Below, piece after piece: positions 48,717 to 62,375 of a stretch of DNA of 64,000 bases. The number at the start of each line of letters is the position of its first letter. Position 1 is the stretch's first letter. Where the stretch lies: contig OU015568.1 in assembly GCA_907165135.1 (NCBI GenBank), positions 12,276,001 to 12,340,000 of the forward strand, read 5' to 3'. The DNA is from Oikopleura dioica (taxonomy: Eukaryota > Animalia > Chordata). The position numbers and the translations under genes are program-made. Under the pieces are notes generated by a model that saw only the letters and a list, made by a program, of their open reading frames with translations, was not told the origin of the DNA and made no database searches.

Positions 48717-49396
48717 ACATTCAATTTTTACGTTTTCGTTGAACGATCTTAAGGGCATCGTAAAGCTGTTCTTGCGTCCAATTGGTCTAAATAAAAACTG
48801 TTGATAGTAAAAATTCAAAATCTTACCACTTCCATTATCATTCGATCTTCTTCTGAAATAGGCATCCTCTCATTCCAAACAGGTTTAAAACAGAGTCTGA
48901 GGATAGGCTTCAGTGGGAATTTATAAAGTCGCATGTCATAACCATGGTAGAGCCAGCATTGCCGTCTCCAATCTATTTAAAAAATATTATTATTTCATTT
49001 CTTACAATTCTTCTTACAAGGAAGAATATTATAAATAAGATACGCAATCTCTTTTGGCTCTAGTTGCGAAATATCAACCCCAATATAACTGACATCTAGA
49101 TACTCTTCTCTGTATCCATCTTCAGTAGAATAGCTTCTATACAGACGGTGATTTTGAATCTCTCGGAAGAATCGCCGTAACATCTTTTTTCGCACTTCTA
49201 TATCTGCGCCTTTAGGAGCCCTTATTAGTGGTTTCACGATTTGTATTTAAACTATGACATAAAAACTATGAGTTAAAAAGCAAAGTGAGCCATGGAAAAC
49301 CAAAGGTCCTGAACTCCTTTTGAAGTTCGTTGAGATCTCCTCCGGAGTAACCGGACACTTCTGGAACATCAAGAACAGTTTGCTGTTCACTCATCT
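48717..49396 (-). CDS. Hypothetical multi-exon gene
   Basis: Open exons KPLIRAPKG...LIYNILPC, WRRQCWLYHGYDMRLYKFPLKP...MEV and TNWTQEQLYDALKIVQRKRKN*; no family recognised. Confidence 0.4.
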
Positions 49397-51868
49397 TCGA
49401 TTTTTAAACTGATTTGGTGTAGGTAGCAGCAAAAACACTAAGAACATGTTCTAGAGACATGAAGACAAATAACTTTAATTCTAGCTTCGAAAAGCTGCTG
49501 ATCTTCGTAAAATAATTTTTTCGAGTTCACAAAACTCAGTCACCGCAAGTTGCGGTTTCTGAATTGAGAATAAATGCTACTCTTCGGCGTTGATTATGTT
49601 TTTAGAAAAACTGGCGTAATTCAGATGCGAGTAGCGTAAACGCTCATTATCAAGGATTTATTGGTGAAATATACCAAGTGCCGGGTGTATGTGTGCTACT
49701 CCGCGAACTTCGCAGTTAGATCCTCACCTAAGCACCATCATAATAATCAAAAAGCTGCTAATTGTTTAATAAAACGCAAAGATAGGTGTTACCACACGTT
49801 TTATTAAACATGTAATGATGCTTTAATTAATCGAATTTGCTAAAGAAATCGCTTTATTGACAAAAAAAAAAGTGAGCAAGCCCTCTTTCAATAGAGAATC
49901 TTGCAAGAAGCTCTGTTCGTAAATTATCTTTTCTAGTTCTTTTATCAGCAATAGTTTGAAAATTTTCCGTTCCCAGATGAGCAAACTTGGCAGCAGTGGC
50001 AATTTTGCGGTGCTAGAATGTTAACAACTTTTCTGCAACATAACTTGGCTAATAGGAAGCACTGGAATTTTATCGCCAAAACCACTTCAAGCTCAAAAAG
50101 GTGTGATTCAAGAAAGATCCATTCTACGGCCGGGGAAGGCTATTTTAGGGTGGAAAGTTTCTCTCGTCTTTATTTTCTTTTGCAAAATGAAAGTTGAAAG
50201 ATCTCAAAAAGAAAGACTTCTGAGTTGTTAATTCGAATTCCACGTGGTGCAAAACAAGCAATAAATGGAAGGAATGAGGAGACTACGGGAAATGCATCTA
50301 AGATGTTTATTGTACCCACAGTCGTTCAAATAAGAGTGCCTTTGATAAGGAAATCCGAAAGCGCTAGCCGACCGCTAAGTAGCGATAACGACGATCGCGT
50401 TTTTTCCCTTTTTATTCAAAGTGAACAACCACCACCTCCGTTTTCGTGTTCTACCGTAGTCTCGGCGCCAAATTGAATTTACTTTTAGCGCGAAAACAAA
50501 ATCAGTTCTCAGTCTCTTTCTTTGTCGTTTTATTGAAATATTTGTAGGCAAGCAAGAAAGGGGTTTATTTTAAGTGATCTTCATTGTTTCGCGAAAAAAC
50601 AAAGAGAAACCAGGGATTTTTGCAAAAATGGGAATTATGGCAAAACAGGGATGCTCAAAAATCTGCTGTTGTTGGCGTAAACACTGATTTGGAATGAAAC
50701 AAGTGAAAAATGAAAATTGGAGAAGAATAATTGATGTAACGAACAAGCGGCAAAACAGCTAGAAAGGGATGGATTGAACAATGTTTTATGAAACAGCAGG
50801 TATAAAGCCACTAATTGACGTCGCAGAAAGGGGAATTCGGAGAAAGGAAAACTGTTACGAGATACAAGGGGATACATGTTGGTGGAACAAAAGCTGGAAA
50901 CTTGCCATTCGAACAAGCAATTATGATCGTTTTACTTAAAAGATAGTTGAATACTCCGATGAAGGCAAAGCAAAAGCTGTGGACTTGTATTTTCAAGGGC
51001 TGTTTCGTATTTCTTCATTCCCAGCAAGGCTCGAAAGACAAAGAAGCCTGTAATTGTATCTGTTTTTCTGAAACCATAAGATCATCTTGAATAATTATAT
51101 TTAGTGACCATAATTCTCTCTCTTTTTATTTTTAATAATAACGGTAAAAAAGAGCCGCCAATTTTGAATTAATTTTTGTCAGATAATTATCGAGGCTAAA
51201 TGAATTGAGGCTGAATAGAGAGTGAGACGACAGTCTGTCAATTCGCCCCGTTCAGCGGACCGATAACGTTACGTGTCCGACATTGGCGCCTGTTCTGCTC
51301 CGACAGCCGATAGCATCGCCCTGGTTGCGAGTTTGTTCACTTACTGTCACTTGCTGCCAATACTAGAAGAAAGGGCCATGCATTTTGCATCGAAAAGTGG
51401 AAGTACCTTATGTGGCGAATTTAAGCACCCACTTGGCTTTTCCTAGTGCACCTCTCTTCAAAACTAAGCGACTCTCTTCATAAAGCCTTAACAAATCCGA
51501 TAGTTTCTTATGCATTTATATTTGATAAATCGCCAATTTTCTATTTTGAAAAGAGTTGCTTGCTCACCTTTTATTTTTGCTAAAAAATAAAATTAAATTC
51601 AGTCTGATAAAACCACATTTGCGGTGTCAAAAATATCTTCCACTAATAATTATTTGCAAAATGGACGACAGAAAGTCAATTTGATGACACTTTCTCCAAT
51701 TTTCTCCTGTTTCGGGTCAATGAAAAAATGCTGATGAAAGAAATATTTGATGATTTTTGAATTTATTCATTTTTGAAGTAGATTTTCCCATGAGTTTTGC
51801 TAAATTCTTTCGAACTTGAGGAAGAATAGTGTTTGTTGTCAGTTACAGTATGTACAGGAATATATTAT

Positions 51869-54800
51869 TTACACGATATTAATCTTCGTTGGTGTTGGGC
51901 ATTCTTTTACAGTGAGACTGTCGTTGGCTCTAGAAGTGCCTTGGACGTTGATAACGCAGCCATCTTTGGTCGAAATGACCAAGGAGTCGCTGCCGGAAGA
52001 CATGGAAGGCGTGTTTTTTGGCGACTTCTTGGGCGTCGATTGAAGCACTCGCCGGAGGTGTTTGTCGCGGGAAGACTCTTCAGAAATGTAGCCGGAAGAG
52101 TTTGCCTCTAGAAAGCGACCGGGAGTGGTGAGAACTCCGTTTCCGCGATTGTCGTAGACGAGGGAGATTGAAGAAATGTTGATTTCGTTGTTGAGATTGT
52201 CCATGTCGATCCAGCAGGCGTCGGAGTGGCCGAATTTGAGACATTGTCGAGAGCATTTGGGACCGAGCTTGTTTTTCTGGCCAAATTCTTGGTCGGAATC
52301 GCCTCGACCGGAATCAGCATGGTCTGAATCGCTGTCGGTGTAGCCAGGGATGTTGTTGGAGTTTCGATGCTTGGAGCAAATTATATTCTTTGACGTGGCG
52401 TTTGGGTTGATCGAGTGAAGTTGAGCAGGGACAATCGACGATCTTGGGGTAAGAATGGAGTCGTAGAGGATCGAGACATCATCGTGAAGCCGCTGGGATC
52501 CGTCAGAACCATGTTTCGATCCGTCGGAGCCGCCATTGCCATTACACGACATAATTACTGAGCCTTGCGTGTACTCGCTCGAGAGCTAAAAGAAAAGAAA
52601 GTTAATGGATTTGAGATTTGGTTGATTTTGAGAGTACTTAATCCCGCAATTAGTTATTTATACAAAATGGACCAAGAGCTGGGCACGCGCTCCAGCACAC
52701 AGAGCAAAGCACACTGTACTTATTAATCATTCAGAGCGTGTTTTGAAACGAGGCCAAAAGAGGAACTCGTAATCTACCTGGCTTCATTGCCAAAATACCA
52801 CTTTGATGAAGTAAAAAATGACATGCTCCTTTACGTTCCAGTGCATTAATCAGAAATTTGTTAATATTTTAATTCGAAAACGTAGCCATGACAATCACTT
52901 GTCATGAAGGTCAACGAAAGATAAAACCTTTGAGAATCTAAGGACTAGGCTAATCGGGTTTTGAGTTTTCCTAATTAGTAATAGAGAACTTTTCTTACCT
53001 TTTTATGTCTGCAGACAAAGACGACAGCCAAAAAGACCAGGACAAAGATGAAAATCGTCGAGACGAGAATGGCGATCAGCGCAATCGTAGCCCCACCCTT
53101 GAGCAGGCTCTTGTCGATGAGGAGACCAGTTTCGACGCCTGGGCGGATGGAGACTTGGATCTGGATGGACGATGACAGCCGAGGGAGGCCGGAATCGCTC
53201 GCCTGAAAATTTATCATTATTTAAACTGCTAAGATCAAAAGGGATCAAATTTTACGAGCCGGTGATTGCGAAAAATGTTAATTGAAGAAAGGGTTTAAAC
53301 AAAGCCGAGGGTCCAGAAAATCAATTAAGGGCGCTTGATTAAATTATGACTGTAAATACGATGATAAGATAGAAATTCTGAGACGTTTAAAAGCAAGAAA
53401 AACAAGCTGTAATGAGAAAAAGAGCCGATTCACGTTGCGTAAGATGTACACGCGGGCTTATCAAAGAGGACTTGTTTGTGCACTGATTTGATTTTATTGA
53501 GAATCGAGGCCGTCTTTACTCGGTACATCCGATGTCGAACATGTCGGCGCCTCCGGTTTGAAGTCATCGTACATTTAGAAACATTTAAAAGACATTTTCG
53601 ATAACACGACGCTGCGCAGAGATTTTTTTCTTTCAAAACAGACAAACTCCCGATAACCAGATACACATGTCCGGGGCCCATGCTTTATCCCTTTCTAAAT
53701 TATTCATTCTAATCCCGCGGCCCAGAGCACTAAACAAAAGATCAGAGCGAAAATGCTCGCGCTAAATTTGATTTGTACTCATTCGAAATTGATTTGTATG
53801 AAAATATATCCAAAAGAAAGTTCAAAATTGACGAAACTATCAAATTTGAACCTTTCTCGAAAAATAAAATTGAAAAAATCCCATTCACTTTGATGCTCAA
53901 ATTTGAAATTTTCTTAAACAAATGTCCCCCTTCCTGTTTTAAAAAGAAGAACCCGCCGGGTTTGTCCGATTTCCGCCGGGATCATCCCCGTTGATGGAAT
54001 TTGCCCGCTGCCACGGTCGACTGCCTCCCAATTTAAAGGGTCAATTGTGCGCACGTGCACCAAGAAATTTTGAATTTGAAAATTTAACAATTGAAATTTT
54101 ATAATTTGACAAAAATTTAACCTTAATCTCGCGTGATGTGAGAAAGCGTTGCCAATTTCATTTAACGAGTTCTTACCGTGACAATGATGCGGAAAGTTTT
54201 CTGATCTTCCTGAAGACCAGCAATGGATTTGTTGAGTGTAACTTGTCCAGAAATCTCGTCGATTTTCAGTAGTTCCTGAGCTCCGTCGATTTTGTAGGTC
54301 ATTTTTGGCCCCTGGGACGCGAGAGGGTTATAATCCGGGTCGATGGCGTTGACGGAGAAGATCTCCGCGTTTTCCATTTCCTTGTCGTTGATCAAAAGCT
54401 CCAAATCGTCGCTCGTGGGGTGTTGGAAAACCGGCGCAGCTTCGTTCGCATCTTCGACTAGAACGATAAACTTGCATCGGGTAACCTTGTCGCCTCCGTC
54501 AGTGGCGACGATGACCAACTGCCACTCGGCCTTGTTCTCGTAATCCAACTGCTGCGCAAGGGAAATGACCCCGGTGTCACTTTCAATGGCGAACTTTCCT
54601 TCCGGTTCGAGGCCAAATGACAATCGCCCAAAGAGCTCCGCCGAGTCCTTATCGCTAATTGGAGCGGTCGCGATGAAAGTTCCTAAATTTCTTCGATTAG
54701 TTTCCAGCTCTTGAATTTCAGGAATTTCTTCCAGGAAAAGTTTTGAGGTGATTAAGGGTATCTAAGATAACAAAACTTCAAAATAAAGGAAATGCCATTT

Positions 54801-57800
54801 TTGAGCTATCTGATTGGCTCAGATTACTTTCATAAGAATCTGATTGGATAAAAATATCATTTCAGCCAATCAAATCTCTTTATTTATTCTTTTGACCAAT
54901 CAAATTTGCTTAAAACTCAAAATCATTGAAATCAATTTCCGAGTATGAAAATAATTAATGAATTTTTAATGAACTCACCGATATCCGCCGATTCGGAGAC
55001 GAGAACACGTGGCACACTTGCGGGACACTGCGGTGCATTGTCGTTAATATCATCGAGCTTTACGTGAATGGTTTCGGAAGCACACCTAAAACGCCGTTTG
55101 TTATTTCAGTGAACACTTTTCTTGGTGCTATTTAGAAGTCGAATACACTTTCGAGTATTTAGAGCAGCTCTCACTCTCTCTCTCTCTCCAGCGGGTTAGG
55201 GTCACTGGCCCAAAAATAAACAACCCCGCCATTACGGAAATCTTACTACCAAGTACAGTGCTAAAGCAAAATAAGCACAACGCCGAAAATAGAAAAACTT
55301 GCGAAACTTATGAAACCTCTTTTTTTTTGAAAAAGATTTCGAAAATTGAGAGTTACCGTAATCTTTTTGGCCGGAAATTCAATCAACGATTATCAGAGGT
55401 AAACGTGACTTAGTTCTAGCTGAGTGATAAGGTCGCCAGCTGAATGTACAGCCACACAACTAGACATAAACTAATTTTAAAAACCCGCGCTTTAGAAGCG
55501 CAAAAAGGGGTGATGCGCTTCTACCCGCAAAAGGTCTCATCTATCTGGCCAAGGAGCTAACCCTTATCGCCGTCTACTTCGCCACGAAGATACTATATAC
55601 TTGGCCATATGGCTGCTTCATAAAGTGACACCTGTAAACTCCCGTAGCTGCTTCTTTTATGAGGGAAAGAAAAAAAGACACGAAAAAGAGTTGAAAAACT
55701 AACCTCGCGTCGGCTCCTTGATCGCACGCCTCGATGGTCATCTTGAAGGTGCTTTGGATTTCCCTGTCGAGCTTTCTAGTTGTTGTGAGTTTCCCATCCC
55801 CGTCGAGGTTAAAGGATCTCGAGCTGTCGAGAAGACGAAGGTGGACTTTGCCGTTGTTCCCATGGTCCGCGTCCTGGGCGTTGATGTACGCGACTAAGGT
55901 GCCTTCGGGTTGTTCCTCTTCGATTCTGCCTTGAAAATCAAGGTTAAAAAAAGATTCAATGATGACAAAAGTCGGTGCAGAATAGTTTCAAGTATTCAAC
56001 TTTTCAGTAGCATAAATTCTCGCTGAATTGAGGGACCACAAGGCTGCTTAGCGTGTACCAAGTGGTTCGTATCTCGACCGCAAATCACTCCGCTCAAGAA
56101 ATAATTCTTTCCAAACTGGAATAACACAAGACTAGCTGCGCTTTAGAGCTTCCTGTCACTCAAAACCGCCGGGAAAAAACATTCATGAGAATATTTTTGT
56201 TGAGAAGCTCACTCGTTAGATACTGGGAAAATTCGGAGCTTGGAAAAAAGTCGAGTGCTACACCCTTAATCCTTTCGTATTCAAATTTGAATGGTAAATA
56301 TATAAAGTTACCTTTTTAAAGTTAATTTTCTCAAAAAAATTTTAAGGACAGATACCCTTAAGAAATTGAGACGAGTCATTTTAGAGTAGGGTGTCTACCA
56401 TTTTACGCGCATTTAAAAAAAATGAAATCGAAGCGTTAAAATTGGTCGAATAGACACAATCGCGGTGCAGAATGAATAAGAAATAATGAAAGTATTCCGG
56501 GCATTTAATAAGCTCAGCTGTAAATTATTAACTGGGTAAAAGAGAAAGAGGAACAAAATGGCCGATTTAACCATCGCTCACGTGTTGTTGCGGCTTCTCG
56601 AGGGTCCCTAGGGTGCGATTTTTCCACTTTTTGCGACCGCTCGTAAATAAGGACGAGTTACATTAGTTTTAATACTGCATCAGTGGACCATTGTACAAGC
56701 ACTACTGTATTTTATATGAACGGGGGACTAATATTCAGTGATCACATTTATCGGATAATTTTTTACCAGAAAAGGGTAGTATTTACCTGTATTTGGCGCA
56801 TCAGTGTCCGGCGCGATGAAAATAACGGAGATAGAAGGCGCATTATCGTTCAAATCCTTTAAGTTGACGATCACGTGGCCACTGGTCGAGTACGTTCCAT
56901 CGGACGCAACGAGCCAAAAGTCAAACCTAAACAACAAAGTCATCACAAATCACAAAATCAGCATATTCCTAGCGATGCGCCTATAAACAAGTGGCCTATA
57001 AATTCCCGGACATGCGTGCTCAATTTGCCGGATACTCAGAAATACCGGACTAACGGGCGTGAAAATGCTCCAAGTGGGTACATTTCTAGCCCACTTGCGT
57101 TTTCCATTGACAAATTGACCAAATTTTAGCATCAGAAACGCCAATTACAGAAGCAGTTACTTACGTATTGAGGCTTTCGAAGTCGAGTTTTTTGTTCGTC
57201 ACAAGCTCTCCATTATTTCGAATGGTAAAGAATTCTTTCGCTGATTGGTCTCGAATGCTAATCGTCACTGATTCCAGTCCATCTCCATCAACGATTCCGA
57301 CTTTTCCGACGATTGTTCCTGGCGGGACAAGTTCGTCAAGATCGAAAACGTATTCCTGAAGTTGGAAATGAAAAACGATCAAGAAGGTGATTTTTGTTAC
57401 CTTTTGGAGAAACTCGGGTTTGTGCTCATTCTGATCGCTGATCTGGACGGTGATCTTGATCCTGTTAGAGTCATTTCCTTTGGGATTCTGCGCGATGAGC
57501 TCGAGCTGGACAGTCTTAACCTTTTCCCGGTCGATGTCAGCGCTGGGGACGAGCTCCAGGTGTCCTCCTGACTGGTCACTGTAATGCTCCAACCGAAAGT
57601 AGTCGTTCGGGCTCAAAGTGTAGACGATTTCTGCGTTTTCTCCTGAAAGAACAAAGTTAGATCTAGCTCTGTTGCCACCAAAATAAATAATAATTTGGTT
57701 TGAAAGCACTTTGGGCAGGCTTGAAATTTGAAATTTTTGAAATTTCGTCTATTTTGAAATTAGGTGCCTAAATCAGCTGGAAACACGATGTAAACGCTCG

Positions 57801-60800
57801 CTTGGTAAACACATTTTGTTTACAAGTGGAAACGCGCCCGGGCTCTACTCTAATTCTAGCGCCACGCGATTCTTGTACCTAGAAAATTTCAAGCTTGTAT
57901 ATATTGTAGGACTATGCAAATCGGTGACGTCACATGATTGAACCATGAACCGAGTGTTGGCGAAACAAATGTTTTCGAAAGAGGTTTGACTCATTAGCAC
58001 GCGATTTCCTGTAGTTTTGTCCAAACAACCGGTTCTTGTCGATTGTTTTTGATTGTTTTCGCAAAAACTTGATTGAGAGTTGATCTGATGATCAGCCGAT
58101 AATTATTTCTCGCTTGAGCTGGGGCCTTCTTTCCGGGCAACCTCTTTTCAAGTTTGCCACAGTTTTAACATATTTGAAATATACTTTCGGGGAAGAAAAA
58201 GCTGAGATGGAACGTGGGAGCGCGTGTCGAATCGCAGCCAAAAGTGGAGCTAGCTCAAGTGTCATTATCTGGCTTGGGACTAATTGAATTTTCCACTTTT
58301 GGAAAATTTATTCCCGCCACCCCCCTTAGTTTGAATGCAAAACGATTGGATCCGACAGGAACCGGTTCAGCGTCCGACCACAAACGACAACTGTGGTGGT
58401 CGATGACGGCGGAAACCGAGGCGTCTTAGGCGCGATATCACTTTTTTATCGGTACCCCGCTGTTTTGTTTAGAAAAAGGGACTTATCGGGAAGGGAAATA
58501 AACGTGAAAACTTTTGGGGTTAACCATTTCAAGAAAATTATAAAAAAGCTCTTTTGAAAAACGAAAATCGAGTTTACGGTAGTTACTCCCTTAATTAGAG
58601 TTCTTCAAAAAGCTGATTCTTCAAGTTGATGGTTCCTCCTTTTGAAAGCCAAGATTAATGAAGACTTTTTATTTGACGGAAGACATGATCAGTTTTTTGG
58701 AAGAAACAGGAATTTCGCAAAAAAAAAACTGAAAATTAGAAATTGTTCATTGCAATATTTCGTTTATCTTCGGCGCCGCTTCAAGGGCGGTCAGTTGAGT
58801 GGACAGTTTCCGTTTGGGTCGACCATAAGTGGCACCACCCGGTCAGCCATTAATTACGCGACCAGTTTGACAATCGATATTGTCAGTTTCTCCTGGAAGC
58901 AGTTGCCTACCATTGATCCTGATAAGTGAGAATTCTAGCTCCCAAATCAAAACCGATCGAACTACCGTATAATCATAAAAAAACTACGTGTTGTCGGTTT
59001 AAAATTGCTCATACCAGTGATGCATAGTGGGGTTGCTTTAACGCTGGTCCAGATGAGCGCTCATCTGGCGAGCTAGGTAGCTCTATGGAATGTTGTGTTG
59101 TTGGCCACGCCCGAGCTCCTTTAAAAATCCCCCGATGTCTGAGACACTCTCTGACGGATCGCCCGGCAGATTGGCTCTTTGATGGAGCAGCTGCTGTTGC
59201 ACATGCAATTCGCCTCCAATTTGCGACTCCTCCACCAAACAATTTAACGCGGCGCGTAGTCTTTCATGTTCCATTTGTTTCATGCCTCGGTAATTCTTTC
59301 CCCCAATAAAAACACTTTTCCTTTTGAAGAAAAACGGAAAAGTGACACCTGTGAAAAGCGATTACTTATGAAGTCCTGTTTTTATTGACCCCAAATGACC
59401 TGAAAACTAGCAAATGGCAGAATTCTTCTTTAGCTTCTTCTTGTTGCGACAGAGCAAAGAATACCGTTTTGCGGAAATTTTCGACAGTAAATGTTTTAAG
59501 TGGGAGTCATTACAGACACTAGAAATCATCACGTTTTCTATTCTAAAAAGTGTCAGCCGCCAAAAATACGATTACCGCTGAAGATAGGTGTTTACGACGA
59601 CCGCTTTAATAACAAATGATAGGCCGCGTTTTGGCAACATTTCTGTTTTATTTTGTGTTTTGTTTGATGCAGGACCTGGAAGGAGATAGAAAGGAGAAAA
59701 TATCCTGAAATGAACATGTCTGCGATATGCGCTTTTACGACACCCGAAACTTCACGCATATTCAGTAAACTGACAAGTCTTTTCCTAGGAGATTCCCGCT
59801 AAAATGATCTAATCACCCAGATGAGTCCGAAGGCAGAGGAAGAAACTGCTGTCAAACCAGTTCCGTAACTCATAATTCTGCTGAATATTGAGCAAAATAA
59901 CGTGAAGAAAAGAACACCTTTTCTTTAGAAAAAGGGATGAAGAAAAGATCCTCACGCCCTGCTTGAGCAATTTTGAAACCCGCTTGACGGAAGCTGCCAA
60001 TTTTTATCGACAGGGCGCTCAGCCGGATTAGGGACTTTATATTTAGCAGCTTATATCAGAGAGAATTTAAAAATCACCTGCTCCGATTCTCAATTTCCAA
60101 TTTTGGAGCATCGCCTTAGTCCCTTGATAAGAAACAAAAAATTGCAGAATTATAGAGTTTAAATAATGGAGTTTTTGTTTTCATATCCGAGTGATTAGAG
60201 TCTATCATCTCCCTTGGTCGGTGAATAATTCAGCGAAAACACACGCTCGGGAACATTGGATCCCGAAAACAGTGTTTGTCCTTACTCGGATCTGGCTCCG
60301 GCTTTCAGATGTCGCCGGTAATAAATTGGATTTCGACTGTTGACAGCTACAGCCAGAAGCTTTTTTTTTCCCTTCGCAGTCACATGACCGCGCCCTCGAT
60401 TTCGAGAACCGAGCGGTATCGAGCTGCCGATTTTCCGCCAGTTTTTTTCCGAGAAAAGTGTTTTCCGGTTCATTAGGGGGCGAGATCGGGCCTCGATAAA
60501 AAAAACCCCGAGCTCGAGCGTTAATCAATCAAATTTTAAAGCAGCCTAAATTTGACATAATCCGGGGTTCATCCCTCCCTCATCCCCTTGAATACGCACC
60601 CACGCGTTTTACAATATCCTCTGAATCAATTTTTGCTTCTCGGAAAACGTGAAAAATGAAGTAAGCAAACTGGGACAGGCGGGAGAAAATTCACTTTATT
60701 AGTGCCACAATGGACCAGCTTGGACTTGCGGTACGGACCGGACTACCGCAAAACGTCTTCTATCGCAACTTTAACTTCTCCGCTCTTACCTAAATCAACG

Positions 60801-62375
60801 TCGAAGGCCATGAATGAATCGAGCGAAATCGGGCTCCGGGAGTTTTCTTCAAAATCGAATACCAAATCGCCTTGGGGAAATTTGGGCACATTGTCGTTGA
60901 CATCATTGACTTCAACTTCGATATTTAGGTATTGGTAGTATTGCTCGGGAAGGACAAGCACCTAAAGATAGAAATTTATAAATAAAGAAGGGATGAAAAT
61001 AGAAAATTGAATTTTTGTGTGAAAAAAATTTCGATCTGCCAGGATTTCTTAACAAGATAATTTTTCAATAAGACTCTTTTAAGAAATAAATTTTCAATTG
61101 AAAGTATTTAGTAGAAATGAAAAAAATGAGACCAAAAGAAATGTAGTCCAATTAATTTGTATTTATTGGCTCAACAAATGCTCCTGAATACCGGCAAGGC
61201 TTCAATTAGTATTAGTATCGAATTTATACGTAAGCAACTCCTGGCGATGAGAACGAGCAGGGGACCGGAAGATCTCGAGTCAGGGAGAGAATAGCAGCGA
61301 GCTGCTCAAATCCGAATTCGAGTGGCACTCCGGCTGTCATGTGATACAGACGGGATCAGCCAGCGATTCCACACTGTCGCCCGTGTAATGTAGCCAAGAA
61401 AAAGAAAGCCCAGTTGATCGGGGTGAAAAATTGAATAGGCCAGCTATGAAGGTCCCTTTTTGGTAAGGAAAATTTAGACTTATTGCGCAAGAGTCGAATT
61501 AGCCGCTAAAAAGTCTAAAAAGGGACTAAAAAACGAAAACAGCTTAAAATCGATCTTATTTTTTTTGGTCCATTTACTATTTCGCTCGTGTCATACGTTC
61601 TACGTTTATGTATGTATACGTGAAACAGGCGCATGCTCCAGGCGCGAGAATTATTCATGAACACAGGTAAGGATCTGCTTGGGGGATGAATTATGGATCC
61701 CTGAAGGCTATGTTTTCTGTTATTTAGCTCATTTGGAACCAGGAGTTCTATTTTCCTACTTTCACTCAGTCTACTTTTCAGGTCTTTTTTATTATCTGAC
61801 ATGGCCCGGGGCGAGAGTGGACGGAGCTAATGCGCCCCGAGCCGAGGATTTCCATCTACTTTTAGCTCGATCTCTTTATTTACTGTTGCTTGTGCTGCTA
61901 TTTACTGTTTATCTAAATTATTATTTATATAAATGGATTACCTCGAGATTCAAGACACACTGTTTTCGTCGATTGCAGAGTCTTTCCCTGTCCGGGCTCT
62001 GTTTTAAAATCAACTTTCCGCTGCTTCCGGAGATTTCAAAGAGGTCCAGTCCATTTTGGCGGTCTTGCCGAACAATGCGGAATTCTAGCGGCGCTTCTCG
62101 TGGAACACTATTGTCCACTGAATTCCGTAATTGCTCAATTTCGCTGCCCTTGGGCGTGTTTTCTTGAATGCTGAGCTAAGAGAGGGGATTGTTTGAGAGT
62201 TCGATTTCCGATCTACTTCTGAGAATGTTTATGGAGGAAAGTAGGTGCTAGAATAAATTTTTTGTTTGAGGCCCCTTTCCTTGAGTGTGCCCTTAGGCGA
62301 GCTCCTGGCTTCTGTTTCTCGGGCCACCAGCAGGAGCACCCAAAGCAGGTGTGCCCAAATGCTCTTCGGCAGCAT
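51869..62375 (-). CDS. Delta-protocadherin with six cadherin repeats (delta-2 type)
   Basis: Signal peptide MLPKSIWAHLLWVLLLV; EC1 DRERLC...C; DVNDN, DLNDN, DINDN, LDRE and LDYE cadherin motifs; TM at ~53030-53090; cytoplasmic DSGRGDSD (CM1) and CSRQCLKFGHSDACW (CM2), which are diagnostic of delta-protocadherins. Confidence 0.9.
59049..59068. promoter_or_regulatory. Perfect 20-bp palindrome containing two inverted CAGATG E-boxes
   Basis: CCAGATGAGCGCTCATCTGG read directly, in a protocadherin intron; a regulatory role is inferred. Confidence 0.4.

Noticed and set aside
49860-51580. Weak inverted similarity (GTGAGCAAG...TTTCAA versus TTGAAA...CTTGCTCAC)
   Set aside because: Too short and degenerate, with no TSD found.
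54754-56362. TTAAGGGTATC ... GATACCCTTAA as ends of one Kolobok-like element
   Set aside because: The interval contains two protocadherin exons and the match is only 7 bp beyond TTAA; more likely separate remnants or chance.
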